NCBI GenBank assembly: GCA_976226885.1
Contig: OZ320315.1
Coordinates: forward strand, 56,544,001 to 56,608,000
Source: Iphione sp. A-MEVVRFRX5
Taxonomy: Eukaryota
Direction of reading: 5' to 3'
Length of the DNA stretch: 64,000 bases
Of the stretch, positions 13,101-28,100 are shown in pieces. Under the pieces are notes generated by a model. It did no database searches and was not told the DNA's origin. It worked only from the letters and a program-made list of their open reading frames with translations. How positions within the stretch are numbered: position 1 is the stretch's first letter; each line of letters opens with the position of its first letter. A program made the position numbers and the translations under genes.

Positions 13101-16100
13101 TACATCTATCATACATTTTTCATAAATTCTCACCTGATTCAAAGGCCATCTCCACTATGCCACTGTCCGTTGCTGTCCGTGTGCATTACATTTTTGATTC
13201 TGGACCATTAATGGTCAATTTCAAGGCAAATACAGGTCACCACACACAGACACAATCGACACCCTTCAATAGATATCACTGTTTCAATAAAAACACATCA
13301 AAACGCACCCAAAACACACCAGAAAATGCACCCAAAATGTATGGACACCAATGCAGGTATGGAAACCAGCCCAAACAATTCCCTATTTGCACTGTTAGCA
13401 TTTGTGAGATGGATTATACCAGCCTGATAACCTCTAGCAAAGAGGTCGTAGCATGCGTTCTACATACTCTTTCCCTCTTACATGGTTGCATGTCAAATGT
13501 AGCCAATTTGATAAAAAGCATTTCGTACTTGCATTAGAAGGCATCCACACTATCTGTCCCCATAACAGAATTTGAGAGGTCGCAACTTCCACCAGAGGCC
13601 TGAGACGAAGGGTTTAAGCCTAGACCCTATACTTTTTGTTCAATAATTTCAGCCCATCGCCCGAGGCTGCAGGCCGAGGGCAAAAGGACTGGAATTATTG
13701 AACAAAAAGTATAGGGTCTAGGCTTAAACACTGTTCTGACAGTATATTACGGAAAGATTGAATTTTCGGCTTAATTATTATTTGGCTTTATTATTACAAT
13801 AACAATACAATACAATACAATAATTTTTATTGGACATCTTCGTATGCAATTACAAAGATCTTCAGAACAATATTGTACAGTGAAAATGAGACAATTGAGA
13901 TCAAAGTAACCAAACTAAGTAATAAGAAAAAGGGAACAGAACATATATACATAGGAGCCAAGTTTTTTTTGTATACTCAGCTCAAAAGACTGTGTAGTAT
14001 TGGAGTGTAGTATTGGAACAATATAATTGCGACTTTTTACATGCATGTGTGAAACTGTCTGGTTTACAGAAACGAGAATTTTACTATCAATCATATGGAG
14101 ATAAACCTTCACATGGTGAAATATTATATATCAGGTAGATATGAGCATTGTAGTGTACAGTATAACAATCCAACTCAACACAAGTATATGACAGATAAGT
14201 GCTATTACAAGTCAGCTATATAACAAATGGGAAAAATATTATGACATAAGATAACTCATTGTTGAAAAAAAAATGGCAGTACTGCCTTAAGAAATTAAAA
14301 GTGAAAAGTGGAGAGATAATAAAGAATTAAGAAAAGGCAGTACATTGTTAAGTAGGAATAATACTGCCTTGTAATAGGGTGTGTATGTCATAGCTGTTGT
14401 AGTGGGGTAATGATGTTGGATAATACCATATTAGCATTATTACGGGTCATTCTTTGAGACCCGCAGTACCCATAATAGAAAGAAGTGAAATAGTAGAATA
14501 GGTGTCACAAGATTTAGCCACCATGAGCAAGCCCATAAACTCCATCAGCCCTGTAACTTGATCTTATTCCTGAGTTTCATCTCTTCTGGAAGGGAGTTCC
14601 ACATTTTTGCACCTTGATACCTCAGAGAACTAGCGAAGTGAGCACTTCTCGGATGTGGCAACATAACCCTTTTTGACATCCCCTCCCGAGTTCTTGTGGG
14701 CTCTGCCATCTGTATTAGGCCCAGCTTTACTTGTTGATGGATCGCTCTCCTAGCAGCATGGTCCAGTATTTCCTCCACCCATCCAATCCCATGACTCCTA
14801 GACACTACCATGACTGAAGTCTGTTTTTTCAGCCTCAGTGCTACCCAAACGCACTTATTGAGAAACAATTGTAGGTTATGTCTCAAGGTAGATGTTACCG
14901 AGAATATGGTGACAGCATGGTACTGCAAATGCAACATTACTAAGGACTTGAAAAGGAGGCCCCTGGCTTCCTTTGGCAATACCCCTTTCAGTCTGCCAAT
15001 CCTCAACGCGCATGGCCACATCTTCCGTTTCAGCCTTTTCAGTTCCTCAGTCATCTTTAGCTTCCCATCAATCCAAAAACCGAGTAGATTGGTACACTGA
15101 GTCATCCCCAGTGTCTCTCCATCTATGTGGAGATCCAAGTCACGTCCTGCTAGATAGCCCATGGGCAAGTAGGAGCACTTCTCCTTACTGATCAAAAGAC
15201 CATTCCTACTAGTCCATTCCAGTAGTATCTCACCCACCCCATTCGCAGTCTTGCACAGCCCTTCAACGTCATCTGACTCAACAATAACTGTAATGTCATC
15301 TGCATACATGACCAGGGTTGTATCTGCTGGCAGAGCTGATTCCAAGCTACTCATTATTATTAATATAACATCTAAGTAACTATTAGAATTAACGATTTTG
15401 CCAAGATAACATTTTTTCCAGCCACCCTATCCACAAAGCGTAACTACATGGTATTACAAGTAAGACTGTATTGACTAAATAAATACAGTCAAACGTCCCA
15501 ATTACAGACACCCTCCATTCTTCACCAAATCATCCACATTTCAGATGTGGCTGGTTTACAGATCATTTAGCAGTATACAAGTTTAGAGTCCTAAAAGTGC
15601 TGAATTTAATGAGCTAGAGTCCTTCAGGTGCTAAATTTAACAAGTTAGAGTCCTAAAAGTGCTGAATTTAAGGGGTTAGAGTCCTAAAAGGGCTGAATTA
15701 AACAAATATAAGTCATAAAAGTGCACAATTTGATGATCAAATTCCTAACCTAAATTTGAGCAACAACACCTTCTGACCTAAATTTGCACAACAACACATC
15801 GTTTATAGGGGGATATAGAGAGAAACGTGTGAAAATGACATCTTGGGCCTCTCTGCTGACCTCAATTTGCATGGCAACACATCATTTGTAGGGGGATATT
15901 GAGGGAAACATGTAAAAATGATTTCTTAGGCCTCCCTGCTGACCTAAATTTGTGTGCCAAAACCCGGATTTCTTTGAAAATGACTTCTGAGGCCTCTCTG
16001 CAGCTCTAGATTCATGACACAACACTATACATAGGGAAACGCTTTCTGCAATTAGCTGTCCTGATTGGAGATGTCTTGGAACAATGGCTAACTATAGGAA

Positions 16101-19100
16101 ACATTTTGGTTCTTTTTCAAATCGTCTGCATTTGGGATGTGTCTGCATCCCAGACATATCCTCCAGGGGACGTCACACTGTATGGTATAAATTGGAATAT
16201 TAACATACTTAGTACTGAAATTTCCTGGTATAGCTTATGCATGTCATAGGTCCACTGACAAACTCGCAAAAGAAAAGTACTGTATTTGCATTTATTGTTC
16301 TCTGTAAGGCTACAAACTATACTATCATTATTGTGGTCACATATAACATATGAAAATATTTACAGGTTTCTGCCAGTATACCAGGAATGAATGGGAAGCC
16401 AAGGCTTGTATTGTTTAGTACACTAAGCTGATATCTGCTTTAATGTCATGGGTACCTACATTACTTGACATGGACAATTTAATCTTTTGTACCTACTGTA
16501 CAATGTATTTTGTCTTTTTCTATTACTTTTTCCATTCTATTTCCTATTGTCTACCTTTCAGTTCAATTTAATCATAAAAAACATCCTCTGTATACAATTG
16601 AGATGATTAATAAAACTTTCAAATTCAAACAATATAAAGACACAAACTAACTATTGTTATTATAACATTATATGTCATATGAATCAATATCATGACCTAA
16701 ACCTAATCTACAAATAGTAGGTAAATACCTCACCAGCCTTGCCACTCTCTATTAAATTGCCATGTCATACTGACCTAAACTGAGATCATTCGCTACTAAC
16801 AAAATAACAGTATATTGTATACCTTGCTGCGCAGGGCAGGTCAGAGACACTAACATAAAACATTACAATAAACTTAGTCATATGTAGGTCGATAGCAACA
16901 CCATGCGGACCTCAAACGAGGTCACACAATACTGGTATACTAACAAAGTTACAGACATGGCTATAAATAACTAAGCAGTGACAGTCATCGCTGGATTATG
17001 GCCAATTCATCTATGCCCTTTGATTCTTGAACTATCCATAATGATTATTTCATGGTCAACAACTTCTCCTATGACATTAGTTGCTGTGTTTTCCAACTGC
17101 CTTTAGTAAATTTGTCGTCATATTGATTTCTTGCTAACCCTAGAGTTATGTCCACGTCAAATATTTTAAAAGGAAGGCTGTTCAAAATCTTAATGCTGTT
17201 ATATAATAGTGATTTCCAAAATTGTTCTGTATTGACTCTTGTGATAACTAATAGGTGCCTTAGATTCTTCTTTGCACTTGGCCTTCTACTTAATTTTTAT
17301 ATCTTTTCTTTTGGATACATTGGTTGATGATCCACAAAAAACTATATCCCAGAAAAGAACTATATTCTGACAATCTCTTCTATGATCTATCTTATTAATT
17401 TTGAAATCATGATAGACATGCTTCCCATCTATGTTAAGTCAGTGAGTAACTTGATACTCAACGACACTTAATTCTGCTATAAATTCGACTCTGAACTTAA
17501 TACACAGCTAAATCATATCCAATTATGGGCAACACATAAGTCTTAATTATCAGAACCATGATCCCCCTTGACAAGTAACCCTTTCTTGAATACCATAGTT
17601 TGGGGCATACTAAGTGAATTTGTATTCTCATAAATTCCTCGAGTCTTATGTTATCTAGGTTCACTCCTTAGTATTTTATACATTGGTAATATCCCCAATT
17701 TTTTAATCAGTTATGAAACAAGCCAGTTTCGTTGAATTACATCTCTTTGGCCGTCTATCAAACAGTAGTTCGTGTATCTTTCTTTTTTGTTTATTAGCAA
17801 TTATTATATTCCATGAACCATTCATTAAATCTCCGTTAGTGCCATCTGTATCAGTTTTTGAATCCCAGACAGAAGTTGCTGTTAGACAAATATTTCGGTT
17901 TGCCTGCATATATAAAGCACGATGTTAATATTAATTACTGACGGGATATCATCAATAAAGATGCTGAACAATGAAGGACCTAGGATTGATCCCTGAGACA
18001 CACCTCATAGTACTATAATAGCATCTATAATATAGCATCATTTAATAGTGACCTTACTCTTCTATTTGTCAAATAGCTTCTAAACCATTCAATATTGCAT
18101 AGTACTGCTTTCTTATTCATCTTATTCAGACGTATATTGTGATCTATACTATCAAAAGCCTATTTACAGTCGACATATACCACTGTGACTTTTCCATTCC
18201 GAGATGCATGAATATTTACTAGTTTGTAGACAGTCGACGATTTCACTAAGTCCCTGTCTGAAACCGTGTTTGAAAGATGTAATTAAGTTATTATTATTCA
18301 AGAAGCCGTTCACCTGATGATATGCTAGTTGTTCTAAAAGTTCTGTAGATAACACACGCACTAGACTGGCCTAAAATTGGAAGGTTACAGTCTAATCCCC
18401 CCTTAAATAGTGGTCTTGTGGTGCCGTTCTGGAGACTTTCTGGGAAACAGTTCTGAATGATACATTTTTCAAATGATATAATTGCTTGATTAGTATTCTT
18501 AATATATTTATTACCATTTAGTACTTATGGAGAACATACGTATAGTTTTATTTTTTTAGCCTTTTGACTTTCCTTAGTAACTGCTCTAAAGGTATGTATT
18601 TGAAATTGAAGGCTCCGCCCCCATGTATTGATTTCTAAATGAGTATCAATCAATACTTTATGCATTTTGGTGAGACATTTTACAATGCTCGTGAAGTAGG
18701 TATTTATATAATTAGGTAAATCTCCATCTGATATATATTGTACACCCTGAATGAAGTGACATAATAGGAGGTAATGTTTCTTGAAGTTTATTGCTCAAAT
18801 GCAAGAAGGTCAATGATGACAAAGCTCTGTACGGCTGCTTTTTATACATAAAATATGAATTTATCTGGAGCCCCAAACATTACATTTAACTCCATTCGAA
18901 GGCTCTGTCCAGAACTCCACCCAACTTACTCCGCTTACACTGTCCCCCACTAAATTTTGCTCAGATGCTGAGCCAGGACTTCCTCATCGCCTGCCAGCAG
19001 AGCATCACCGGTGTCCAACTGCTCACTCTGCCCAGAAGTCACATCTGAGGTGGGCTCCACCGTTGCTTAGTCATGACCCACTGGGGTGGCCCCTGCCTGG

Positions 19101-22100
19101 CCTTCTCCATTCGTGAGGCCTTCCATGATGGTGGCATCGCTCAGCTGGTCTTGGTCAATCTGCTCCACTAAAGTGGACTCTGCTAGGGTCTTGCTGGCAT
19201 CAGCCTCGGTGGAGGTGGTGCCAGGTGGGCCTTCGGCAGCTTGTTCTGCCGAGGTGGACCCCACTGGCACTTCACTGATGGCAGGATCAATTTGGGCGAC
19301 CTCTGTCTGAGCCCAGTTGGGCCCCTCAGTGGCGGACTCCACCCAGACTTCTACGTCACTCCCTTGTCCTCATGCCATGCTGATGAGGCTCTTGGCGGCC
19401 TCCTCAACGTCCTCTGGACTCATGGGGAGGTTGGCAGCAGCCCCACCCGACGAGTCTAGGACGGCATACCGTATCTGGCCCACTGTTTTCTTGGCTCGGG
19501 GGTGGTTGGTCGATCTTGGTGGCTTAAGTTTCAGTAGCCTCCTCCTCCTTGCTGGAGGTGAGGACAACCACTTCCTTCACCTCCTCATCCAGTCGTGCCC
19601 AGTCTAGGCCCAATTGTACATGAAGATCCCGGGCCTACTGGCAGGGAGGAGTAGGTGGAGCCCAGTGTTGTGGTGTGTGTCAAGGGCAGTACTCCTAATG
19701 TGGTCACCGCCCAGGCCATGGGCGACATGGTAGCAGTGAGCCCACAGCCAGCGGTGGCTTTCTTCTTTGCAGGGGTGGGAGTACTGGTCTCGCTGCCTGA
19801 GGAGATGGGTGACGTCACCAGCTGGTATCTGCCACATGCTGCCCACATCTTGTCCAAGTCCAGATTGCAGGGCTGGTTTCGAACATGGGAATGGGAGTAC
19901 CAGTGGTTGGAGATCTGTCCCTCCCCCTACTCCCTGCATCCCCCGTGATGAGGCCAGGCATGGGCCACCCCAGGAGTTCTGGCCTCAGATGGGGGCAGAA
20001 CTGCCTCTGTTCCTGGTGCTGGGTGCTTACATTGTCGAGCCTCACAGATGGCGGTGACCTGCTTGAGCTCTGGGGTAAGTCCAGTACTTGTGGATGCATG
20101 AGAAGAATCTAGTCCATGGAGCTTTGTGTTGATGGACCCGCTCCCTGCAGAACTGACACCAGACGGCCCAGCATGGGGGTCCTCTGGGGTCCCCTGGACA
20201 GTCAAATTCACAGCCTCTCTCTTTGCCCCTAGAGTACGTACCTGGGGGCCAACAGTCTGCATGGGGCCCCCATCTCTGCGGTGTCTTCATCGTCCTCGTC
20301 CTTGTCCTCCTCTGAGTACCCACCAGAGAGGGGTGGAGACAGCCGAACGCCTGTTGTCGACTGCTGCTGCTATGGTGTTGGGGCCGGCGATGCTCCTGCT
20401 TGGGTTGAGGAGGGGCAGGCTCCCCTCACGTCATTGCTCATTCCTTGGTGCTCTCCCACTCTTCTATCTGTGGTCGGCAATGTAATTCTTCCTCCTTCTT
20501 AGGGGAGTTCTTCCTTCAGGCCCATTTTCACATACACATACACCAGCATCACCTGCTGGCCCCACTCTAGGTAGTGCCTGCCCTTGTTGGTATGCTGTGC
20601 CTTCAAGTGCTGCCGGAAGTCATCCTTGCAGTGGAAAACAGGGCGTCAGCATTGGGGGGCAGGGCAGCAACAAGCGTAGGTCATCTGCCAGTGCTTGACC
20701 ATATGCTGGCACAAGTTGCCAGGCCTATCTGTGCTATAGCTGCACAGGTTGCAGCTGTGGCTGGTGTCACCAGGGTCGGTCATCTTCTCAGGGGTGACCC
20801 TATCCACAGTCCGGTCAGGAAACTGTCACTACAGGCTCCACCCGGAGTTCGGAATTCTGCCTCTTGAAGGCAAACTCCACCTAACCTGCTGATGGTCGAG
20901 CAGGCTCTGCTCTCTTCTTGGCTCTTCACCAGATATCTTGGCACTCTCTGCCTGCATCATGCTCTATGGCCGGGGAAATTCTCTCTTCATGGGAAGGGTC
21001 TGCCTATGAATCGACTGAACAGCGAGCTCCGCCACTTTGCACTCATATGCACCACTCCAAATCTCCACCAAGCACTGATTGGACAATGTTTCACATGCTC
21101 TCCTCTCATTGGCTACCGCAGGGTGGAGTGTGGTCAGTCCTCACATCAGAGCCTGCCTCTCCATCATTGCTGGGTGGAGTGAGGTACCTGCTCTGCCTGG
21201 AGTCCACTGGCCACCAGGCTCTGCCCTGCTTTTATTCCTTCGGAGGTCAGTGAGAGAGGGGGGTCATTGGCAGACAAACTGCCAAGTCTTGCACCATCTC
21301 CCCCAAAGACTGGATGCCAGGGCCTTGGTGGCTTCTTCTCCATAGCACTACCACAGTTTCTGGCAGATCCCATGGAACTTCAACAGCACCAGGCAAAACC
21401 AATCTTGTCGTTACAGCCATCTGACCTCAACCACAGGGGCTCTGCTCACTACTTGGCACCGGGGTCCCAGCATTCCTCACATCAGCCGATTTAATTCACA
21501 GAGTTCTTTGTCCAGCATCTCTGCCCACCCCCAGGGAATATGGGCCAGGGCAGGCGGATAGGTAGTGCTCCAGCTTGGAGCCATCAGGGCCAGTCTTCTC
21601 TCAGGAGGTGCAAGTGGCCATCTGTACCAGCATGGGGGTGATAGTGCTCTAGGCGAGTGAAATCCCACAGCATCCTGACGAAGGATGTTTAGCCGGCCAA
21701 TCACGTCTGGGGGGTCTTCAACAGCATCTTGGAAAGCAGGTTTTAACAAATCAGCTTGAATGATGTGCTGCTTGCTTCCCTTCTTTATGTGGTACACAAC
21801 TGCACTCAGCTTGGTCTTCACTACCCAGGGTCCTTGCCAGCGGCACTGAAGTTTGAAAGAGTGGCCCTTCTTCTTGATTGGAGAATAAAAACAAACGCGG
21901 TCGTCTTCATGGTAGTCTTGTTGCTGCACCTTCTAATTGTACCAATCTTTCCGATGCTCCTTGGCCTGCTGCAGGTTTTGTCACACCACTATATGCTCTG
22001 ACACTGGTAGCTTCCTGTTTGCCTGCACATAGTCATTCACTGCCACTTCCTCTTCCCAGGGAGATCCTACCATCAGTTCAACTGGCAGCATTGTTTCACG

Positions 22101-25100
22101 CCCTAGAGTCATCCAGTTTGGGGAATAACCAGTCATGCGGTGTGGTGTAGACCTGTACACACCCATCAGGAAGCAGAGCTGTTCGCCACAGTTAGATTGA
22201 TCTTCTTTAACCACTTTAACTAGCATACCTGTCAATGTATGATTAAAGCGTTCCACCACCCCATCACTTTGGGGGTGGTATGGCATCCTCCAGGTCTTCT
22301 GTATCTGCAACAGTTGGAGGAGCTCCTGCATTTGGGCAGCATCAAAGTTTCTCCCCTCATCTGAATGCAGGACCCTTGGGGGGGCCAAACTGACATGATT
22401 TCTCTCAGCAAGTGGTGAGCAGTTGACACAGCATCTACATCAGCAGTAGGGATGGTCTCTGTCCACTTCAGGAAATGGTCCGCAACTATGATAATGTAGC
22501 CGTTACCCCTTGGCATGACTGGGAAGGGGCCGCAAACATCTACTGCTACTAACTCCCAGGGCCCGGGCCATTCTGAGCTGCATGGGGACTTGGTGCTTGC
22601 AAGCGGGGTCTGGACATCGCTGGCACTCCAGGCACCCTTGATTCCATTGGCACACATCTCTGCTAAGCCCAGGCCAGAAGTAACACATCCTAATGGCTCC
22701 CTCAGTCTTCTCTGGTCCTAGGTGTTTTGCAAGGGCCCCCCCATGGACCTCCTTCCACACCACATGGCATAGGTCCAAGGGGACATAAGCTTGTTGTCAC
22801 ACGCCTCTGTCCTCCATGCTTCAGCGCTTAAACAGCAGCTGACGAGAGATGCACAGGTGGGGTCACTCGTTCTTCAGACAACACGCCACATCACACGAGC
22901 CCTTTCTCTCCCCCCTCAAGCCACCGGTGCAGCTCTCAAACCAGTTCATGTCATTCTTGGGCTTGCAGCAATCCCCCCTCATCTGACCTTGCCTCGATCT
23001 GTAAAGCTGCCACCCTGCTATCAGGTGCCTCATCCTCCTCTTTGGGTTCCCTGCCACACTAGTGGCACTTAGTCCATGAAAGGCTATCCATGTTGCTGTG
23101 TTGTCGTCCCAGGCAGTGTAAGATCTCGATGTAACAGTAAATCTCTTTGAGCCAGCAAGCCAGCTGGCCCTCAGGCTCCTGGAACTGGCAGAGCCAGAGG
23201 AGGGAACTGTAGTCGGTTTGGATCACTAGCTTCTTCCCTTCCATGTATGTGCGGAACTTCCGAAGTCCAAAAACTACTGCTAGCAGTTCTTTTTGGGTCA
23301 CGCAGTAGTCCTTCTCTGCTCACATAAGGCTCTGACTTGCATAGGCCAGTGCCTGCTCTCTCTCTCCTTGCTCCTGGGAAAGTACCACTCCAATCCCGGT
23401 GGTTGACGCATCAGTGTCCATGGTCAACTGGTAGTCGGGCTGGGGATACGCCAGGATGGGGGATGACATCGGCCAGTTCTTCAACTCAACGAAGGCCCCC
23501 TGGCAGTTTTTGTCCCAACGGTACTCTTCACCCTTCTCCAGCAGGCGATGCAGGGGGCCCGTAGTAGGAACACAGTCCAATGAAGCTGTGCAGCTCAGTG
23601 ACACAGTGTGGGGTAGACCACTCCTGGATGACTCTCACTTTTTCCAGATCTGGCTTCACACCCTAGGCTGACACGTGGTGTCCAAGGTATGCCACCTCCC
23701 ACTGAAAGATCTGGCACTTCTGTGGCTTGATCTTGAGTCCTGCTTGCCGTAACCAGATGTTTTTTAAACTTTAGAAGTGTTTATTTCTGGAACAATACAC
23801 AACTTGGTACATTTCGTCCAGAGGTGATAATAATGAGATGATAGTAACCATTGTAGTCAACAACATGAAAGCCAACCATTATACAGCCTTAAGTCCTAGA
23901 TCAGTATACAATGTATTAATACGAGTTTCATTTTCACAAATTTTGTGAAATAGAAAACAACTTAATAACAAGGACAACTTCAGTGGGACAAATGCCCAAG
24001 TAAACAACTGCTTTCAGCAATTAACACATAATATCTAATATCATCGCTCCTAGTTTCTTATAAACATAGTAACCTATTCGAATGTTACTATTCTAATTCA
24101 CTGTCTTGTACCTCTGCCAATACTGTTGGTTTTAATTATGTCATTCTACATTCCATCAAATCACAGATATAATCCAGCTTTCCTTAAAAGAAAAAAATAG
24201 TCGGTCAGTCATAATCACTCATTTCTTGCAAACAGTCTCATCAATATGCGAGCCTTGCGCCTCCTTACTTTTAGATAGCCAATAAAGGCCTTCAAGTCTA
24301 ACTTGGTTACATATCTATCAAGGGACATCCACAGTTTGCATGAGCAGTAATAACTAGACTGTTTAAATTTTGAAAAGTAGGGTTTAGCTGGTATGATTCT
24401 AAACTTGTTTCTTATCCGCTGGACTTCCTTCCCACTATTTGTATACTTATCATCTAAGGGTTCATTATGTACCTTACAGTTTGCAAATAAGCGCAGCAGA
24501 GTTATATCTCGTAGTTCAAACAACTCCGTTTTGACTTCAGTACGGGGAGGAACTTCAGTACTACATAGTGTATACAGTCTTCTTCGTAGAGTTATATAAC
24601 GTTCGAAGTAATTTGGTCTAAATTTTGTTAATACGAAGATCCCATAATCGATTTCCGGGAAGGCCATGGTCGTTACCAACCGTTGTAGTGTTCTATTATC
24701 TATGTATGGCTTAATATGTGTTAACATTTTTAATTTGTAGTAACCCTTCTTCAGTAGATCAGTGAGGTGCAGGTGCCAGTCTAGATACTTGTCAATTTGG
24801 ATTCCTAAATATTTAAAGACCGTAACTTCACTTATCACAGCGTCCCCAACTGTTATTGGACCTAAGGGTTTTTCAGGGCGATATGTGGGGCACATATATT
24901 TTGTTTTGCTCATGTTTATTCTAATCTTATTTTCTAAAGACCATCGAATTACCTCCTCTATTCCTCGTTTTAAATTAGCCATACTCGTGGGTCGGTCAGG
25001 ACCTTCTGAGATTAGCACTACATCGTCGGCATACATCATGTAGTCTACGGAGTTAATTGAGAGCAACAGGTCATTTATAAATATAAGAAATAATGTGGGC

Positions 25101-28100
25101 CCCAGGATGGATCCCTGGGGGACACCAGTCTGCACTTGTTGGAAGCTAGAGTATACATTGTTTATTTTTACTCGTTGTCTACGATTTGACAGATACGCTC
25201 GCATCCACGGGACAATTTTCCTTAGGCCTATTCCCGACATTTTCTTTAGCAAAATATTGTGATTTACCGAATCAAAGGCCTTGCTAAAATCAATAAAGCA
25301 AAGGCCAACATGTCTGCAAGCATTCAAGAGCTTATGTACCTTTTCTAGTAAACAGTAGACTGCCATCTCAGTACCCCACTCTCGTCTAAAACCAAATTGG
25401 GCATGACTTAGTCTTTTATTTGATTCGAGATACCGAGTTATCCTATTATTTATTATTCATTCTACCACTTTAATCACCACCGTTAGAAGACTAATTGGAC
25501 GATAGTTTTTTATGTCAGACCTGTTTCCACCTTTGTAAATTGGAACAATAGTTGCGTCTTTCCACTGTTGGGGGAGCGAGGCTGTTGTTAAGCTCAGATT
25601 TGCTAGCTCGAGTAGTTCATCAGTTAAATCTAATAATATCTCTTTACAAATTTTCATTGGGATATCCAAAAAGTTTGAGGCCTTGTTTAAAGGTAAATTA
25701 GAGACAGCGGTTATCCATTCATCAATAGTAATTAGTGGTACTCCCATGTGCAAATAGGAAGGGACAGAATAAGAGATCACTTGAGTAACGTCCGGGAGGT
25801 CCGATATGCTCTCTTTTACTACATTGATGAAGTAGATGTTTAGCTTTTCTACAGACAGCGTCAGTAATTCTGGATTACCATGTTCATCTAAGAACTGCAG
25901 AATCAAGTTTTTCTCTTTTAAACCCAACTCAGATCTCAAGTGACTCCAGAAACGCTTTGGATTATTCTTATCTAAGTTAATTTTCTTTGTAATAAATTCC
26001 TTCCTGCTTTGTCTCAGTTCCCTATGGACTCTATATTTAGCTAGTTTATATATAAGATGGTCGTACAAGTCGCCCGTCCTGTGGTATTTCTTCAATGCTT
26101 TGTTCCTGTTCCTTATACAATCTCGAATATAACTAGTACACCATAGCGGGGAATTTGTCCTTTGTGCCCATTGCTTTACTGGTGCTAATGCATCAACTGT
26201 TTTCGCCAAGGCATGTTCAATGTAGTCCCAGTATTCCTGTGCTGTCTGAATATAAAATAGCCTATCCCAGTCATCAAATGTCATTTTCCTCCTAAAGTCT
26301 GTGATAGTCACCCCCTTCCAGATACGTCCAGTGATGTATTCTTTCGTAACTTTTTCAGTCATCCACTCTACACAAATTAAATTGTGGTCACTCAGTGTAT
26401 AATCCTCAACGTTGCATTTTAGCAAATTTCTAGGTAAATCAGTGATCAGAAGATCAATTATCGTACGCAATCTGGGGGTAACACGAGTGTATTTATCTAT
26501 TAACTGCGATAGTGAATTCTCATATATCAATTCAGTGAGCATATGCTTCGATGGGGATGGTTTAGCCCAGTCTACATTGAAATCCCCTACCATGAGTATC
26601 AAGTTCTTACTATTAAGTTCTTTTATTTTCGTCAACTGCCTGTTTAGATTTTCCAACGCCTCTCTCAAATTACCTGAAGGTGGACGATAAACACAGCATA
26701 TATAGATGCTTGGGGTAGTACAGTTTCTTACTCTAAGCCACAACAATTCTAGATCTGCAGTCAAACTAGGACCTATGTCAACTGGAGTTACTATGGTTGC
26801 CAGAGTATCCCTTACATATATTAAAAGCCCCCCCCCTTTCTTTGAGGTTCTATCCTGTCTATACATACAATAGCCCGGTTTCTCTAGCAGACCTGCCGGG
26901 TACGATTGCGTTAACCATGTCTCACCGATACAAAGACAATCAGGTGATTTCGTCTTTAACATAAACGATATCTCGTCTAGTTTCGAAACAATGGAGCGTA
27001 TATTTATATATATTATCTTAAACATAATCCTTCTGTGTTATAGCCCAGGCTGAAGATGTCATATAAAGTACTTTGGCAGCAAAAACATCTAGTGATCGGC
27101 ATAGAGCATAAACATAAGTAATGAGTATAGATGAAATTACACGCAGTGCAGTGGTAGCTCCACCACATGTACATAGCATGGTAGACAACCCTCCCCCCCA
27201 GTCCTGTCAGGCTATTAAGTGTAATACTCCTCAATCTTGTTATAAATTTTGCAACCTTATATAATAATTGGGGGCTTACTATCAAATCGTAATGGTGCCA
27301 ACAGCCCCGCGATCTGTAATTGTAAGCTCACAGTCTTATCATACCAAGTTATAACGGCAAACATCTTATAAGTATCTTAACCCCTTCCTGACCGAGTAAT
27401 TGGGGCGATGTCAGTATGGTAACTGAGGTGTACATATAAAATGCTCCATATCAATGGAACTAATTGACATAGAATAAAGTGTGAGACATCATTGAAAAGC
27501 TGAGAAAATGTACTTTTTAGATATGTCTTTGTTGTATATATTACTTTATATAGCTGGAAGGTGTCACGTGGTATGTCACGTGGTTTTATAATTTTTCCTT
27601 ATAAATAGAAGCCGTACTGCATAGAAAAGTGAGAAAAAGGGCAAGAAATATTTGTTTTAGACATAATATTGCATCGTACGAATTGTAGAGGAAGTCATAA
27701 GGATTAATTTGATATATTAAGCATGTTGTTATTATAAAAATTAAGAAAATTATCTATTACCAAAGTTGGCACCATGTGGCGCCCAAAATACCGCTTCATG
27801 CGGGAAACAGATGATGGCGCTGTTGTCGAGACGAATCGTCTAGGACGTAATGACTTAAATGTACATTAATGTTGATTGCACTGCTATTGCGGTATATTAA
27901 CATTAATATTGGTGTGAAAGAGTTACAGGGCATCATGATTTAGTAAATAAATGTGAAAAAAAACATTTAAAAATCTACGATGAACATGTAAATGATGACG
28001 TCATAGTAACTTGTGACGTTCTGATCAAAAAACACTCGACGAGTCTGTTGAACTAAAGCATTTATTCCAAAAGATCAGGAATGGATGAACTAAGGAATGC

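Noticed and set aside
15580-15740. ~30-bp repeats (also at 54720-54920, 55286-55410, 62515-62640, 12858-13045) as CRISPR arrays
   Set aside because: They are head-to-tail degenerate units with no unique spacers and no cas genes, in eukaryotic DNA. Most lie inside MITEs.
19067-23671. Dozens of short overlapping ORFs as an operon-like gene cluster
   Set aside because: They are fragments and shadows of the decayed GC-rich Gypsy interior.
27013-27285. Cys-rich 90-aa ORF overlapping the LINE ORF2 start as a fourth protein
   Set aside because: It starts at TTG and has no recognisable zinc-finger spacing. It might act as a uORF, but nothing in the sequence supports a protein product.
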